DNA of 64,000 nt, from contig JAJYSJ010000010.1 of the NCBI GenBank assembly GCA_021793645.1, forward strand, positions 36,287 through 100,286. The letters run 5' to 3'. The notes below the pieces were generated by a model, which was not told the DNA's origin, made no database searches, and saw only the letters and a list, made by a program, of their open reading frames with translations. Made by a program: the position numbers and the translations under genes. Each line of letters begins with the position of its first letter. Positions within the stretch are counted from its first letter, which is position 1. This DNA is from Bacillota bacterium (GTDB lineage Bacteria > Bacillota > Sulfobacillia > JAJZYS01 > JAJYTV01). This document shows positions 20,427-31,025 of this stretch, in pieces.

Positions 20427-21218
20427 ATGTTCCGTCATGAGGCCGCTATGCTGTTTCCCGTCGAAGTCACGAGGTGCGATCCGACGGCGGCAAGCATGCT
20501 GCAAGAGCAGTTTGCCGGTGCCAACAGCGAACTCAAAGCACTCGTCCAGTACCTCGTGCAGAGCTTCGGCGTAAAGGATCCCGCGACCCGCGCTCTGCTC
20601 CTCAACATCGCGACAGAGGAAGCGAGCCACCTCGAGATGGTCGGGACCGCGATCGTCCAGCTGATGACCTACGACGCCGAGAGCCGCGGCGGGCCGAACA
20701 TGCAGCCGAACTGGGCCGTGACCGGACGCGCGCTGCAGAACGCGCCGTCGCTCCTCAGCAAGATGGTCAACCTCGGCGGCGTCGGCCCGGTGGCTGTCGA
20801 CTCGGCCGGCGCTCCATTCAGCGGCAATTTCATCAACTCCACCGGCGACATCACGAGCGACCTCGCCTCGGACCTCGCGGCGGAACTGCGTGCGCGGCGC
20901 GTCTATCAGCAGCTCCTGAAGAACACCAGTGACCCGGGGCTGCGCCGCACGCTCGAGTTCCTGGCGGAGCGCGAGGCGACCCACTCCGTGCTGTTCGGAG
21001 AGGCGCTTGAACGCGTCAAGGACGAAGGCGTCGCGCAGAACATCGGACGAACGCTGATCTCGCGGAGGATGCCGGCCGTGTCCGATACCGCGGACGTCTA
21101 CCTGCGCACGTTCGGGGCCGGGAAGCTCCCGGAGCAGCCGCTCGGGGAGCCGATCCAGCCGCACGAGGTCGAGGTTCAGCTGGCGGAGCAATACGAAGCG
21201 CTTGCGCCAATCGGCTGA
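20427..21218 (+). CDS. manganese catalase family protein
   Basis: EQF.G...EL....QY, IATEEASHLEMVG, DLA.DLAAE.RAR..Y, FL..RE..H. Confidence 0.88.
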   Translation: MFRHEAAMLFPVEVTRCDPTAASMLQEQFAGANSELKALVQYLVQSFGVKDPATRALLLNIATEEASHLEMVGTAIVQLMTYDAESRGGPNMQPNWAVTGRALQNAPSLLSKMVNLGGVGPVAVDSAGAPFSGNFINSTGDITSDLASDLAAELRARRVYQQLLKNTSDPGLRRTLEFLAEREATHSVLFGEALERVKDEGVAQNIGRTLISRRMPAVSDTADVYLRTFGAGKLPEQPLGEPIQPHEVEVQLAEQYEALAPIG

Positions 21219-21377
21219 CCGCGGCTGCCTTGCACCGCCTAGGCCCAGGGCGTACCAAGCCCTGAGGCCCTCCCGCGCCGCGCGTCTACAGGGCCTGTTC
21301 GTGGCGTCGGACGATATCGGTGACGACCCGTTCCCAGACAGCGAAATCCGAGAGATCCTCGCAGAGCGGCGACAATG

Positions 21378-21806
21378 TTAGTGTGACGCGAACGGGTTGC
21401 GGATTGTCAGTCCATCGATGTGTCGGCCATGTGAGAGGTCCTCGGACCACACGACGGAGCAACCCAAACGTACGGCGCTCTGGATGACCATGGCATCCCA
21501 AAACGCAAGCTGTGAGGCAAGATGGAGTCGTATCGCTGACTCCTCGTCCTCCGCCGTCGGTGCGTGAACTGCCCAGGTGGAAAAGTCGCGTACCAGCCCG
21601 AGCGCAACTTGCCCGTCCACACGGGGTGTGACTTTGTGCGTGAGCGTCACGTAGAACTCCTGCAGCATGCTGAGGAAGCCGGTGCGTTCCAGCCACAGCC
21701 GACGGATCAGCTCGGCTGCATCGTGATGTTTGGCGCCTGCCGACCCATCGAAGGCATGGACGAGAATGTTCGTGTCTATGAACTCCCGTGTCCCGCTAGC
21801 GCTCAT
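21378..21806 (-). CDS. PIN-domain (VapC-like) toxin
   Basis: FIDTNILV, LQEFY, FWDAMV, VWSEDL; the usual STQV segment appears shortened. Confidence 0.85.
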   Translation of the reverse strand: MSASGTREFIDTNILVHAFDGSAGAKHHDAAELIRRLWLERTGFLSMLQEFYVTLTHKVTPRVDGQVALGLVRDFSTWAVHAPTAEDEESAIRLHLASQLAFWDAMVIQSAVRLGCSVVWSEDLSHGRHIDGLTIRNPFASH

Positions 21807-22032
21807 TCAGATCTTCATGGCTCGTGGGGATCTCTCCACGGGTACCAAGGTCCAGGCCGCGATCCAACCAGGCCAGAGACCGCCGACGTGCGGCTTCGTA
21901 CTGGTCTTCCTGGCGCACCAGATCGGTTAAAAGGAAAGTAAGAAGGCTCGAGATGGAGGTGCCGCGGCGGGCCGCGATGATCTTCACCTCCTGCAGGACC
22001 TCCTTGGGCAGCGACAGGGTGACGTTCTTCAT
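21796..22032 (-). CDS. CopG/RHH antitoxin
   Basis: MKNVTLSLPKEVLQEVKIIAARRGTSISSLL; overlaps the PIN gene. Confidence 0.8.
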   Translation of the reverse strand: MKNVTLSLPKEVLQEVKIIAARRGTSISSLLTFLLTDLVRQEDQYEAARRRSLAWLDRGLDLGTRGEIPTSHEDLNER

Positions 22033-22086
22033 CTCCAATAGACCCACTCCTCACGCGAAGGAGTGCATCACGCGTTTGCGTGAACC

Positions 22087-22260
22087 TCAATGCTCTCTGT
22101 CGCCCCCCGGGGACGAGTTGCCGAGGAGGTCGCCAAGGCGCCGCGCCGCGTGACGCTTCGTGTCCTCCAGCACATGTGCGTAGACCTTCGCCGTCAGTGC
22201 AGGACTCTCGTGGCCTAGGTGCGCTGCAATCTCCCTGATCCCGACGCCTGCCTGGAGCTG
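22087..22260 (-). pseudogene. tyrosine integrase C-terminal remnant
   Basis: hand translation LQAGVGIREIAAHLGHESPALTAKVYAHVLEDTKRHAARRLGDLL (LGH...Y catalytic box). Confidence 0.8.
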
Positions 22261-22425
22261 TTACAACGTGTAGCTGACCTATCGTAATCAAGCCCTAAGG
22301 GCGCCGCTCCTGAGCCTGCCCGACTTCCGGGTGTGATGTATAAATCCGGATGGAAGGGGGTCGGGGGGAAACCGAAGGTTGCCCCCCTGGTGGGTGCCCT
22401 GCAGACCGACGAGGGACGTCCAGGA

Positions 22426-22510
22426 ACCGAGAACAGGGCCACCCGACGAGCCAGAATTTCGGACCGAGGCGGTGCGGCTGGTGCGAGCGTGATTTCGCGC
22501 GACTTGGGTC
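22426..22510 (+). mobile_element. IS3-family OrfA N-terminal remnant
   Basis: hand translation PRTGPPDEPEFRTEAVRLVRA / ISRDLG resembles the IS3 transposase HTH start. Confidence 0.6.
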
Positions 22511-22512
22511 GC

Positions 22513-22581
22513 ACTCCCTTCGAGTACCTTTCGGTTCGGGGGCAACGACTCCGTTTCGAGTACCTTCATTTTCGAGGCAAC
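22513..22581. repeat. imperfect 34-bp tandem direct repeat
   Basis: ACTCCCTTCGAGTACCTTTCGGTTCGGGGGCAAC and ACTCCGTTTCGAGTACCTTCATTTTCGAGGCAAC. Confidence 0.7.
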
Positions 22582-22622
22582 TCAAGGGCTTGATTATAGT
22601 AACGTGCCAGAATTATACTATT

Positions 22623-22928
22623 ATGGCTGAAGATCATAAAGGGGTGCGTGACCTGACCGTAGACCTGTTGCCGCATCTCGAACCGACTTACTCCATCACG
22701 ATCCATAAGGCGCAGGGCAGCCAGTTCCGCCGCGTCATCCCAATACGGAAGACCCGGTTGCTCGACCGCGCGCCGTTCTACACGGTAGTCACGCGGGCGG
22801 AGCAGCAGGTAATTCTAGGCGGCGACGTAGCAGCCGCACGCGCAGCGGTCGGGGCACGGCCCCACGCTACCCGCCGACGGGACGCACTAGGATCGCTGCT
22901 CAATAAGATCGTCGCGGGGATGGCCTGA
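22623..22928 (+). pseudogene. RecD-like SF1 helicase C-terminal fragment
   Basis: YSITIHKAQGSQF (motif V) and YTVVTRA (motif VI); stop overlaps the gmtY start. Confidence 0.8.
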
Positions 22929-24403
22929 TGGCTCACGTCACGGTGATCGCCAAAGTGGTTGGCGACAACACCGGCATTGTCGCCGAGATCCCCGTCATCC
23001 TTACCGACTACGGCCCACTGATGCCTTTGGTCAGGTACATCATGGCAATCAAGTATGTGCGCTCCGCCAGCACCATCACAAAAATCGCGCAGTCCGTAGG
23101 TCTACTGCTCGACTACATGGATGCGAACCACGACTGCTACGACGACCCCAGGGAACTCTTTGCCGGCTTCGTCCAGCGGCTCTACACCGGCACCGTGTCC
23201 GATGATGGACAGGACCCGAGCGGCCTGTACTGGAATGGGCGCACGCCAAGCGTGGTGCGGCAGATGGTGATGCAGCTCTCGGCCTTCTCCGACTGGATGG
23301 CCAAGGAGCAGGACACCCAGCCGTTCAACCCATGGCGGCAGGCCACCCACGCGGAAGAAATGCTGGCGTGGGCGGCATGGCACCACAAGCGGGATCGCGC
23401 GTTTCTGGCCCATACCTAGGATCGCAACACCGCCTCACTCAGGATGACCCGCGCCCGCAACGTCCTTCTCAAGAAAACTCCGATCATCGACCACGACAAG
23501 GCAAAGCACTTTCCCGATGAGCGTTTCCACGACCTGATCTTCCGCGGCTTCATCATCCCCGGTAAGCAGAAGAGTGCTAGGATCGAGGAACGGCTTAACT
23601 TGCGCGACATCCTTATCACCCTGCTCATGCACTACGGCGGACTGCGCATGTCCGAGCCCTTCCACCTGTATGTGCATGACGTGATGCTCGATCCATTGAG
23701 GGACGGCACGGCGTGGGTGCGGGTGTATCACCCGAGTCTAGGACAGGCTCCCAACGATTGGCTTGATGCCAAAGGCAAGCCGATCAAGTGTAACCGCGAC
23801 GAATACCTGCGTGGTAAATGGGGTCTGCAGCCGCGAACGGATTATCCAGAGTCACATCAATGGCACGCCGGCTGGAAGAACACCGTCGTCGATGGAAGCC
23901 TTCACTTCATCGACGTGAATTGGTTCCCGACCTGGGCCGGAGAGTTGTTTTGGAAGCTCTGGGTCTTCTATATGGCGCAGCGCGCCCAACTGCAATGCGA
24001 GCATCCCTTTGCCTTCGTCACGCTAAAAGGTAAGCCTTACGGCATCGACAGTTTCCAGCGCGCCCACAAGACGGCGGTGCAGCGTATCGGGCTCCAGGCC
24101 GCCAAGGTGCTCGGCACGTCGCCTCACGGGCATCGCCATGCCTACGGGCAGCGCTGCCGTGAGGCCAACCTGGACCCCATCGTCATCAAGAAGGCCATGC
24201 ATCATGCCTCGCTGGAATCGCAGGTGGTCTATACCGAGCCGCCGCGCGCAGCCGTGATGCGGGCACTGGAGAGCGCCATGCAGCGGCACCGGGACGAAGA
24301 AAACGCCTTGCCGCCGCCGGACTTCCTGTCATACGGCTTCCAGGACGTCGACCCGCTGGGCCTTTTGAGCGGCTCGAACCCGAAGTTGTTAAGGAGGAGT
24401 TGA
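22928..24403 (+). pseudogene. gmtY: gamma-mobile-trio recombinase GmtY-like (in-frame TAG at 23417)
   Basis: FVQRLYTGT....DPSGLYW, LLMHYGGLRMSEPFHLYV.DV, HGHRHAYG, H.S.ESQ.VYT tyrosine recombinase motifs; both halves in the same frame. Confidence 0.75.
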
Positions 24404-24404
24404 T

Positions 24405-27337
24405 GTGCCGAAGAGTATACCTCTCGATCCCGAGTTCCGATTTCTTATCGAACTCGAACCGGCCTTCGAGCCCTGGCGCCAACTTGCTGCCGAGTGGTGG
24501 GCGCAGCAGACATCCGACCGCGAAAGCAAGCACGCCGCCTTATCGACCTTCTTCGTGCGCTACCTGCATGAGCTGGGACTCGATACGTCGCCCAAGGCGC
24601 TGTTCCGGCGGGACGCGAGATTACCAGACCTGTTGGCGGTGCTGGAATCCGGCCATACCAGCGAACGCCAAATCGCGAAGCAGCACGACATCATCAGCAA
24701 CTTCGTCGACTGGGTGCTGCGCACGCATCTGGCCGATTTGGACGAGGAAGGTCATCGCGTCGTGCCGGCGCATTTGCGCCATCCCTTCCCGCGCCTTCGA
24801 TCAAGGGTAGTCAATAAGAAGTCCGACCTGACCTTCTCGCATGTGCGGACGCTCGATCCGAAGATGGGCGATTGGTGCGACCTCGCCGCCGAGTGGATGC
24901 AGGCTCAAAAAGTAGGCGTCTCTATGCGACGGCAGGCCATCGACAAACTACTCGACCTGTATATCCGTCAGCGTAATCTGCCGCGCAATCCGACTCAGTT
25001 CTTGAAGCGCGATGTGGACCTGCCAGACTACGTCTCTGTTTACCTGGAGGGCAAAGGAAAGGGGAGTACCACGCTAGCTAGACTAGACACGACATTAGTC
25101 AACTACGCCTCTGCATTCATCGATTGGGTACTCACGCAAAAGCTCGGCATCGAAGATAACCGCGGCCATCGTCGCGTTCCACCAGAGTTGCACAATCCGA
25201 TCCCGCGATTGAACTATAAGGGGATGACGACGGAAAACGAGACGGTGCGGTCGCCCCTGTCCATCCGCTATATCGAGGAACTGCGCAGGCTGCTGTGCGA
25301 GGGGCCAACTTTCCGCGACTGGACCTGGGCCCAGCAGGCAATAGATGGTGGGCATAGGGGTGGCGATTGGTTCGTAGTTGATTCCTCGGTCGTGAATCCC
25401 GATGACCCGGATTGCGTGTGGCGGAAGCGGGAGGCCACCACAAGAGAGCGGGAAGAAAAGGGGCTGCCGGAAGTCATCACCGAACTGTGGTCCCCCGTGC
25501 GCGCCGTGGCGCTCTACCTGAAACTCGAACTGCCACTGCGCACCTTCCAGGTCCGCATGCTGGACTCGGGCGAGGCGGACACCTGGCGCTACGAGCATGG
25601 GCCGCAGGGCGGCATCCTCGTGCGCAACGTCTCGCCGCTGGCGCAGGGTAGCGACGTGCGCCCCTATCAGCGCGGGGTGTTCCATCGCACGCAGGGCGAG
25701 GCCGGCGCGGGGCTTTACATCAACACCAACAAGACCGCCGACATCAACAGGGACGAGAACGACAAGGGCTACGTCATCCCCTGGGCGCATGAGGCCGCGC
25801 TGTACTGGTTGGAAAAACTCCGTAACTGGCAGGAGCGCTACAACCCGATCACCGAACCCACGCCATGGGTCAGTCTTGATCTAAAACACTTCGGGAGGAC
25901 CCGCCCCATCCCGAGGTCTTGGAGGCACGCGGGACGGCCTGTTTCTTATTCCGCGATCCAACGCGCGAAGGGGATGACCGGCAAAAGCCTGTTGCGAACA
26001 ACTTGGAACGAATGTGGTACAAGTTGCTCGCCCGCCTCGGACAGCGCTGCCTGGATCGAGGCGAAACGCTGGACGACGGCACGCCGATCCGGTTCGTCCA
26101 TCCGGAATCGGACCACCATACCTTCTACCCCCTTCACGCCCTGCGCGTATCGCTGATCAGCTACCTGGTGCTGGATCTCCGGCTGCCGCTGCCAGTCGTG
26201 TCGAAGCTGATCGCGGGCCACGCCCGCATCATCATGACGCTCTACTACACCAAGTTCGGCAAGCGGTACATGAGCGAGGTGATGGCAGAGGCCGAGCGCA
26301 ATGCGGTGGAGGCGATCCAGACAAACCACCGGCGCTTCTTGATGGATGCGACCTACGAGCAGGTCGGCCGTCGTTTCGCCTCGCTTTCCGAGGACGCGAT
26401 ACGCGCCGCCACAGCCAACCAGTCCGCCGCCGCCTTCGTCTTCGAGGACAAGGGCATCTGCCCGGTGGGCGGGGGCATGTGCGATGTGGGCGGGGAAAAG
26501 CTTGGCCTACTTGCACCGGGGAGTCCCGTCCACGCCCCCGTTCCGGGCTACCCGACCGAGCGCAACTGCGTGCGATGCCGCTTCTTCCTTTCCGGTCCCG
26601 CCTTCCTGCCTGGCCTCGTGGCGCACTACAACACCCTCAGCGAAGAGTCCCATCGCCAGAGTGGGCGCTTCAACGAGATGGAAGCGAAGGTGAGGGCGCT
26701 CGAAGATCGCCGTTACGACTGCGAACGCGAGGAGCGCCCCTTCACGGAGACGAACGAACTGGAACGCCTGGCACAGCGCCGTGACGACGCGGCCCAGGCG
26801 TTCGGAAAGCTGATCAATGACATGCAGGCGACGTACTACCTGATCGAGCGTTCGCTGGAAATCGCCCGGAACGCCGAGAAGGACGAAGTACAACTGGTCG
26901 CTTCAGGCAACATCACCGACCTCAAGACCGCATTCATCGAAACCCAATCGGAACTGCACCAACTAGAAGTCGTCTGCGAAAACGCCGTAATCTACCCCGA
27001 GACGGACGCAAGCTACGCCGCCATCCGGCGCTCACAGATCCTTGACGTCATGCTGCGCTACAACCACATGGAGCCGGTATTCATGCGTCTCTCCTCCGAG
27101 CATCAACTGCTGGCGGGCAATGCCGTGATGCAGCTCATCCAGGCGCGCACCGGCTCGCTGCGCGGGGCGCTGGAGTACGCTGAATGCCGGACGAAATTGG
27201 AGGATCTCGGACTCATTGAGGAAACCTGGGACACCATCGACGGTGTCGTGGCGGGCACACCGGCCCCCGCCATCATCGACTCGGCTCGTTCAGCCCGAGC
27301 GCTGCCATCGACTATCGGAGACGGCCATGCATCCTGA
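24405..27337 (+). pseudogene. gmtZ: gamma-mobile-trio integrase GmtZ/VPA1269-like (frameshift near 25900)
   Basis: WSPVR..ALY.KLELPLRTFQVRMLDSGEAD, YINTNKTADI, YPLHALRVSLIS, IAGHARIIMTLYYTK, CPVGG, NCVRCRFF. Confidence 0.75.
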
Positions 27338-27974
27338 CCAAATACTGGAACAACTCAAGGCCACGGCGAACACTCGCAAGCAGAAAAACCTCGATCTGAT
27401 CCACGCCGTTTGCCGGGAGCAGTACGAGCGCGGTAGCCGGGACTTCTCGGTGGCGACCATCGCCCGGATCGCGCACGAACGCGGCGGCCCGACCAAGGGC
27501 TCGATCCACAACAAGACAGGTGACGACTTCAAAGCCATCATCAAAGCTTGGGCCGAGCACACGGGCGGCGTGACCCGCAAGGAGCGTAGGGTCAGCGAAA
27601 ACCCGTATATGGCGCTAATCGAGAGGATCGATAACCCCGCCGTGCGCTCCGTCATGGCGAGCCTTCTAGCCGAGAACCAGAAGATGCGGCGGCAGATCAA
27701 TCTGCTCAAGGCCAATGCGGGTGTGGTAATCGACATGCGCCAGCAGGAAATCACAAGCCAACAAGAGTCGATTCAGATCCTGCCGGCATTACCCGGGCTG
27801 ACCGACAGCGAGAAAGAGGCGCTGCGCCTTGCCATCAGCGAGAAGTTCCTGAAGGACGAAGGTTGGTCGTGCGATGAGCGCGGGCGGATCATCAACGACA
27901 AGGGGCGTGAGATCTTCAAGGTCGGCTTTGCCACGGCGATCCGCAAGATCCTCGGAACTATGAGCATTGGGTAG
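27327..27974 (+). CDS. gmtX: gamma-mobile-trio protein GmtX-like
   Basis: RKQKNLDLIHAVC.EQ.E.GS.DFSVATIAR....GGP...SI.NK.G; last gene of the trio. Confidence 0.75.
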   Translation: MHPDQILEQLKATANTRKQKNLDLIHAVCREQYERGSRDFSVATIARIAHERGGPTKGSIHNKTGDDFKAIIKAWAEHTGGVTRKERRVSENPYMALIERIDNPAVRSVMASLLAENQKMRRQINLLKANAGVVIDMRQQEITSQQESIQILPALPGLTDSEKEALRLAISEKFLKDEGWSCDERGRIINDKGREIFKVGFATAIRKILGTMSIG

Positions 27975-28131
27975 GAGGAGCACGGGCGGCCCGTGCGGAT
28001 GGGCGGCGACGCCGAGCAGCCGGCCGCGTCTGACCAACAGCCGAGGACGTTCGCCGATCGGCGCCCGGCCCCTGCCAATTCGCAGGAAACCGAACCCATC
28101 TGGCGAACGTCGCCCGAAAGAAGGGTTGCAC

Positions 28132-28524
28132 ATGTCTGGTGAGTATTCGGCGGCGAAAGGGTTCATCCAGGTAGTCTCGCGCTTAGGTGGCCGGCCCAGG
28201 GTGACAGTCGAGATCTTCCCCTTGGATGACCATGCACCAATGCCTTTGAGGGCGGCTGTGCTCATTCTTGACCCGGATTCGCGTGAGCGCAGTACGACCG
28301 ATATAGCATTGCAGGACCTCGACACTCTCGCCACATCGGACTCAGCCCGCTATAGATTGATCGACGCTCTTTGGCGTACGACGCTTTTTGGGCATCGTTA
28401 TCATTCGAATCCCCACCGAATAGAGTGTCCGGAATGCCATGTTGCGTTGCCATACCACCTGCAGCACACGCCTGGCTTCCGCCTGAACTGCCTGGTGTGT
28501 GGGCACGACATTCCAACCCCCTGA
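28132..28524 (+). CDS. hypothetical protein with C-terminal zinc ribbon
   Basis: CPEC...CLVC; RBS AAGGG upstream. Confidence 0.5.
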   Translation: MSGEYSAAKGFIQVVSRLGGRPRVTVEIFPLDDHAPMPLRAAVLILDPDSRERSTTDIALQDLDTLATSDSARYRLIDALWRTTLFGHRYHSNPHRIECPECHVALPYHLQHTPGFRLNCLVCGHDIPTP

Positions 28525-28607
28525 CGTCCACGGCTTCGGCTGTCGCCAAGAGGGAGTGCATTTGCCCCAAGGCATTATGGAGACTCGCGTCAGGAGTTGA
28601 ACTCGGG

Positions 28608-30137
28608 ATGCGATTGCCGTGGTTCAGGACGCACTTGGAAGCCGGTAGTGAACCAGAGATCACTCAACTCGCAGGAACCGACGAAGCGCTGCTTTACCTG
28701 CAAGAGGTGACGTCTAGCGCCATCGATCGAGCTGTGTCCTCAGTCCTCCTTGACCGTGGCATCGTTACGTTCGACGCTAAGCTAATCCTCGACCGTTACT
28801 ATGCTGTACTTCTCAAGGGTGATACGCGCCAACTCGGGATGCTCAGACAAGTGCGCACCGCGCTGACACCTCCACTGGCAGAAATCAAGCAATCGGACGT
28901 CCTGAAACAGTTCTGTTGTGACGCAGTGACTGCGCTAGTTTCGGTGCCTTTGATGTCCATCTACTGGAATGTATCCTTGGAGATGCTTGGCTTTCCTCCC
29001 GACTTTGAAGGCTACGCCAGAAGCGCACATGACCTCGTTGGTCTAAAAGTCGAGAGTCTAGACGCTTTGCGTCAAGCCATCAGAAGTGAACTTGGCAGCT
29101 TTCTCGAAGTGGCTAGACTGCAGCCTCCCGTGCTCCCTGCATTCCTGCATCAAGTCGGACTGTACCGCTTTCCGTTTCAGTATCAGGAGTTGAGCGAGGT
29201 CTTCTCTCCATGGTCGGATGATCGCTTTTTGGAATTGAAAGGCCCCGCAGGAATGGTTGTGATAGAAGAGTTCTATCAACCCGCCTATGAGCGGCCCGAT
29301 GGGAGTGTGACGTTGCCTCCCATCACGGTTCGGTTGCTGCCCGCCATGGTGTGGAGGACCGTCTGCGATGGGAGCGACAGTTTCGACTTCTTGGACCTCT
29401 ACGGGACGTTACGCCGCAACTACATTGGCGCATTTCCGTGGCTGCCGGACGCAGGTATGGCCCACGAATCGCCTGCTCTCCTCACGGCGTTGTCCGCCTT
29501 GATCATTGAGCACATTCGTGATGATCTGCTGGCCAAGTTGGGGACTGACATGGGCGACGGTGCCACGAACTCTAGCCTTGCGCAGTTGTACGCTCGATCA
29601 ATCCGGCCTGAGGGTGCTTGCGCCCACCTTTCCGATGAGGTCTTCGCAGGAACCATTCTCACTGGTGGAACAATGGCGCTGAGACTCGTAGAACTCCACG
29701 ACGCTCAGGCTGCTCAGGAGAAAGACGACAAGATGCAGTCGATGTTGAGAAGGTATCACTACGCAAGCAGTTCTGAGATGCCTTCCACAGGCTTGGGCAT
29801 TGCATTGGAGGAGTATTGTGCCAGCCTGTTCTTGCGCGCGGGTTTTGACGTAAAACGGACGCCCGCTACAGGTGATCAGGGAGCGGATCTCATCGTAACT
29901 CGGGCCGGGGAGTGCACCGCCATTCAAGTAAAGAACTACACGCAACCGGTAGGAAACAATGCTGTTCAAGAGGCCCTTGGTGGAGCCGCCTTTTACGGCT
30001 GCGCGAGGGGGATAGTCATCGCTCCCTCCGGCTTCACGCGGAGCGCCAGGGATCTTGCGGCGTCCACCGGTGTCATGCTGGCGGACGAGACTGTAGTCCG
30101 GCGATGGGCAGATACCGGGCTCATTGATCTGCACTAG
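28608..30137 (+). CDS. Mrr-like (Mrr_cat) restriction endonuclease with large unknown N-terminus
   Basis: LEEYCA.LF...GF.V..T..TGDQGADLI......AIQVK.Y..PVGN.AVQE...FT.SA..LA. Confidence 0.8.
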   Translation: MRLPWFRTHLEAGSEPEITQLAGTDEALLYLQEVTSSAIDRAVSSVLLDRGIVTFDAKLILDRYYAVLLKGDTRQLGMLRQVRTALTPPLAEIKQSDVLKQFCCDAVTALVSVPLMSIYWNVSLEMLGFPPDFEGYARSAHDLVGLKVESLDALRQAIRSELGSFLEVARLQPPVLPAFLHQVGLYRFPFQYQELSEVFSPWSDDRFLELKGPAGMVVIEEFYQPAYERPDGSVTLPPITVRLLPAMVWRTVCDGSDSFDFLDLYGTLRRNYIGAFPWLPDAGMAHESPALLTALSALIIEHIRDDLLAKLGTDMGDGATNSSLAQLYARSIRPEGACAHLSDEVFAGTILTGGTMALRLVELHDAQAAQEKDDKMQSMLRRYHYASSSEMPSTGLGIALEEYCASLFLRAGFDVKRTPATGDQGADLIVTRAGECTAIQVKNYTQPVGNNAVQEALGGAAFYGCARGIVIAPSGFTRSARDLAASTGVMLADETVVRRWADTGLIDLH

Positions 30138-30166
30138 GGCTCGCGCCAGAGCCGGTCCTTGCCAAG

Positions 30167-30240
30167 GCACAGTGAGCCCCGCCTTCCTGCCTGACCGACG
30201 ACCCGCGCATCGTCGTGGCAAGGGGCGGGGCTCACTGTGC
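30167..30240. repeat. 74-nt long inverted repeat/hairpin
   Basis: GCACAGTGAGCCCCGCC...GGCGGGGCTCACTGTGC perfect 17-bp arms plus inner CGACGA/TCGTCG stem. Confidence 0.8.
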
Positions 30241-30329
30241 GCACACCGCCATGCGAGCGGTACTTGGGCACATGGTACGTCCTCATGGCCAAAAAGACAA
30301 TGTACTTTGGTATAGGGTCTATGGCGTGC

Positions 30330-30466
30330 CGTCGTCGCCGTCCAGCCACCGCTGCCAGCCGGCCGTAGGTGTCGGCGGTGGTCGGGCGGAGATCGACCGC
30401 CACGTGCGTGCGAAGCCAGGCCTGGAGGTAACTCGAGAGAAGGTCCGACGCGTCGGAGTCAGCCAT
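30330..30466 (-). pseudogene. tyrosine integrase N-terminal SAM-like domain remnant
   Basis: LSSYLQAWLRTHVAVDLRPTTADTY; GAGGAG RBS upstream. Confidence 0.6.
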
Positions 30467-30612
30467 CCAGCCCACTCCTCACGCAGCAATATGCCAGAAA
30501 ATGGAGCGAAGCGGTAGAGAACGTCGGGTTGGCGAACAACGCGTGGCGCGGTTGCAGAGTCCGTGCACCGGATCCACGTAGGGAACGGAACGAACGGCAT
30601 GGGGATGAACAG

Positions 30613-30641
30613 TTAACTGTCGTAAAAATGTATATTATAAT
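30613..30641 (+). promoter_or_regulatory. sigA-type promoter of TA operon
   Basis: TTAACT-N17-TATAAT. Confidence 0.6.
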
Positions 30642-30683
30642 GACAGGGGGAACGCCGAGGGATACAGTCGGAGGTGAGAGGCG

Positions 30684-31025
30684 GTGAAGCGAGTGTCAAC
30701 GTTGGACGCCCTGCTGGAAGTGCAGAGAGGCTTCGCATTGAGGGAAGACGACGTTTCGCTGACGGAACTGCGGTCTTCGGCGTGGATCGAGAAGCTTGCC
30801 AGGAGCAAGAAGCTTCGGCTCCTGGCAAGGAACCAGACGGTTGGCGTGGTCGTGGATCCGGCAGTGTGGGAAGTGTTGGAGACGGTCGCGGAAGACGTTC
30901 TCGAAGACCTTCTCATCGATGAGGCATGGGGCGACCGTGTCGGCCACGAGCGCCTGCCGGCGGGGGTGGCGGCGCGCAGACTGCTCGAACTCCTACAAGA
31001 AGATGAACGAGCCCGCGGCGAATGA
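30684..31025 (+). CDS. putative Phd-like antitoxin
   Basis: VSLTELR....RNQTVGVVVDP..WE.L; acidic C-terminus; overlaps the downstream toxin-like gene. Confidence 0.55.
   Translation: MKRVSTLDALLEVQRGFALREDDVSLTELRSSAWIEKLARSKKLRLLARNQTVGVVVDPAVWEVLETVAEDVLEDLLIDEAWGDRVGHERLPAGVAARRLLELLQEDERARGE

Noticed and set aside
25890-25920. Programmed frameshift in gmtZ
   Set aside because: No canonical slippery heptamer; neighbouring gmtY is also inactivated, so decay or an indel error in a C-run is simpler
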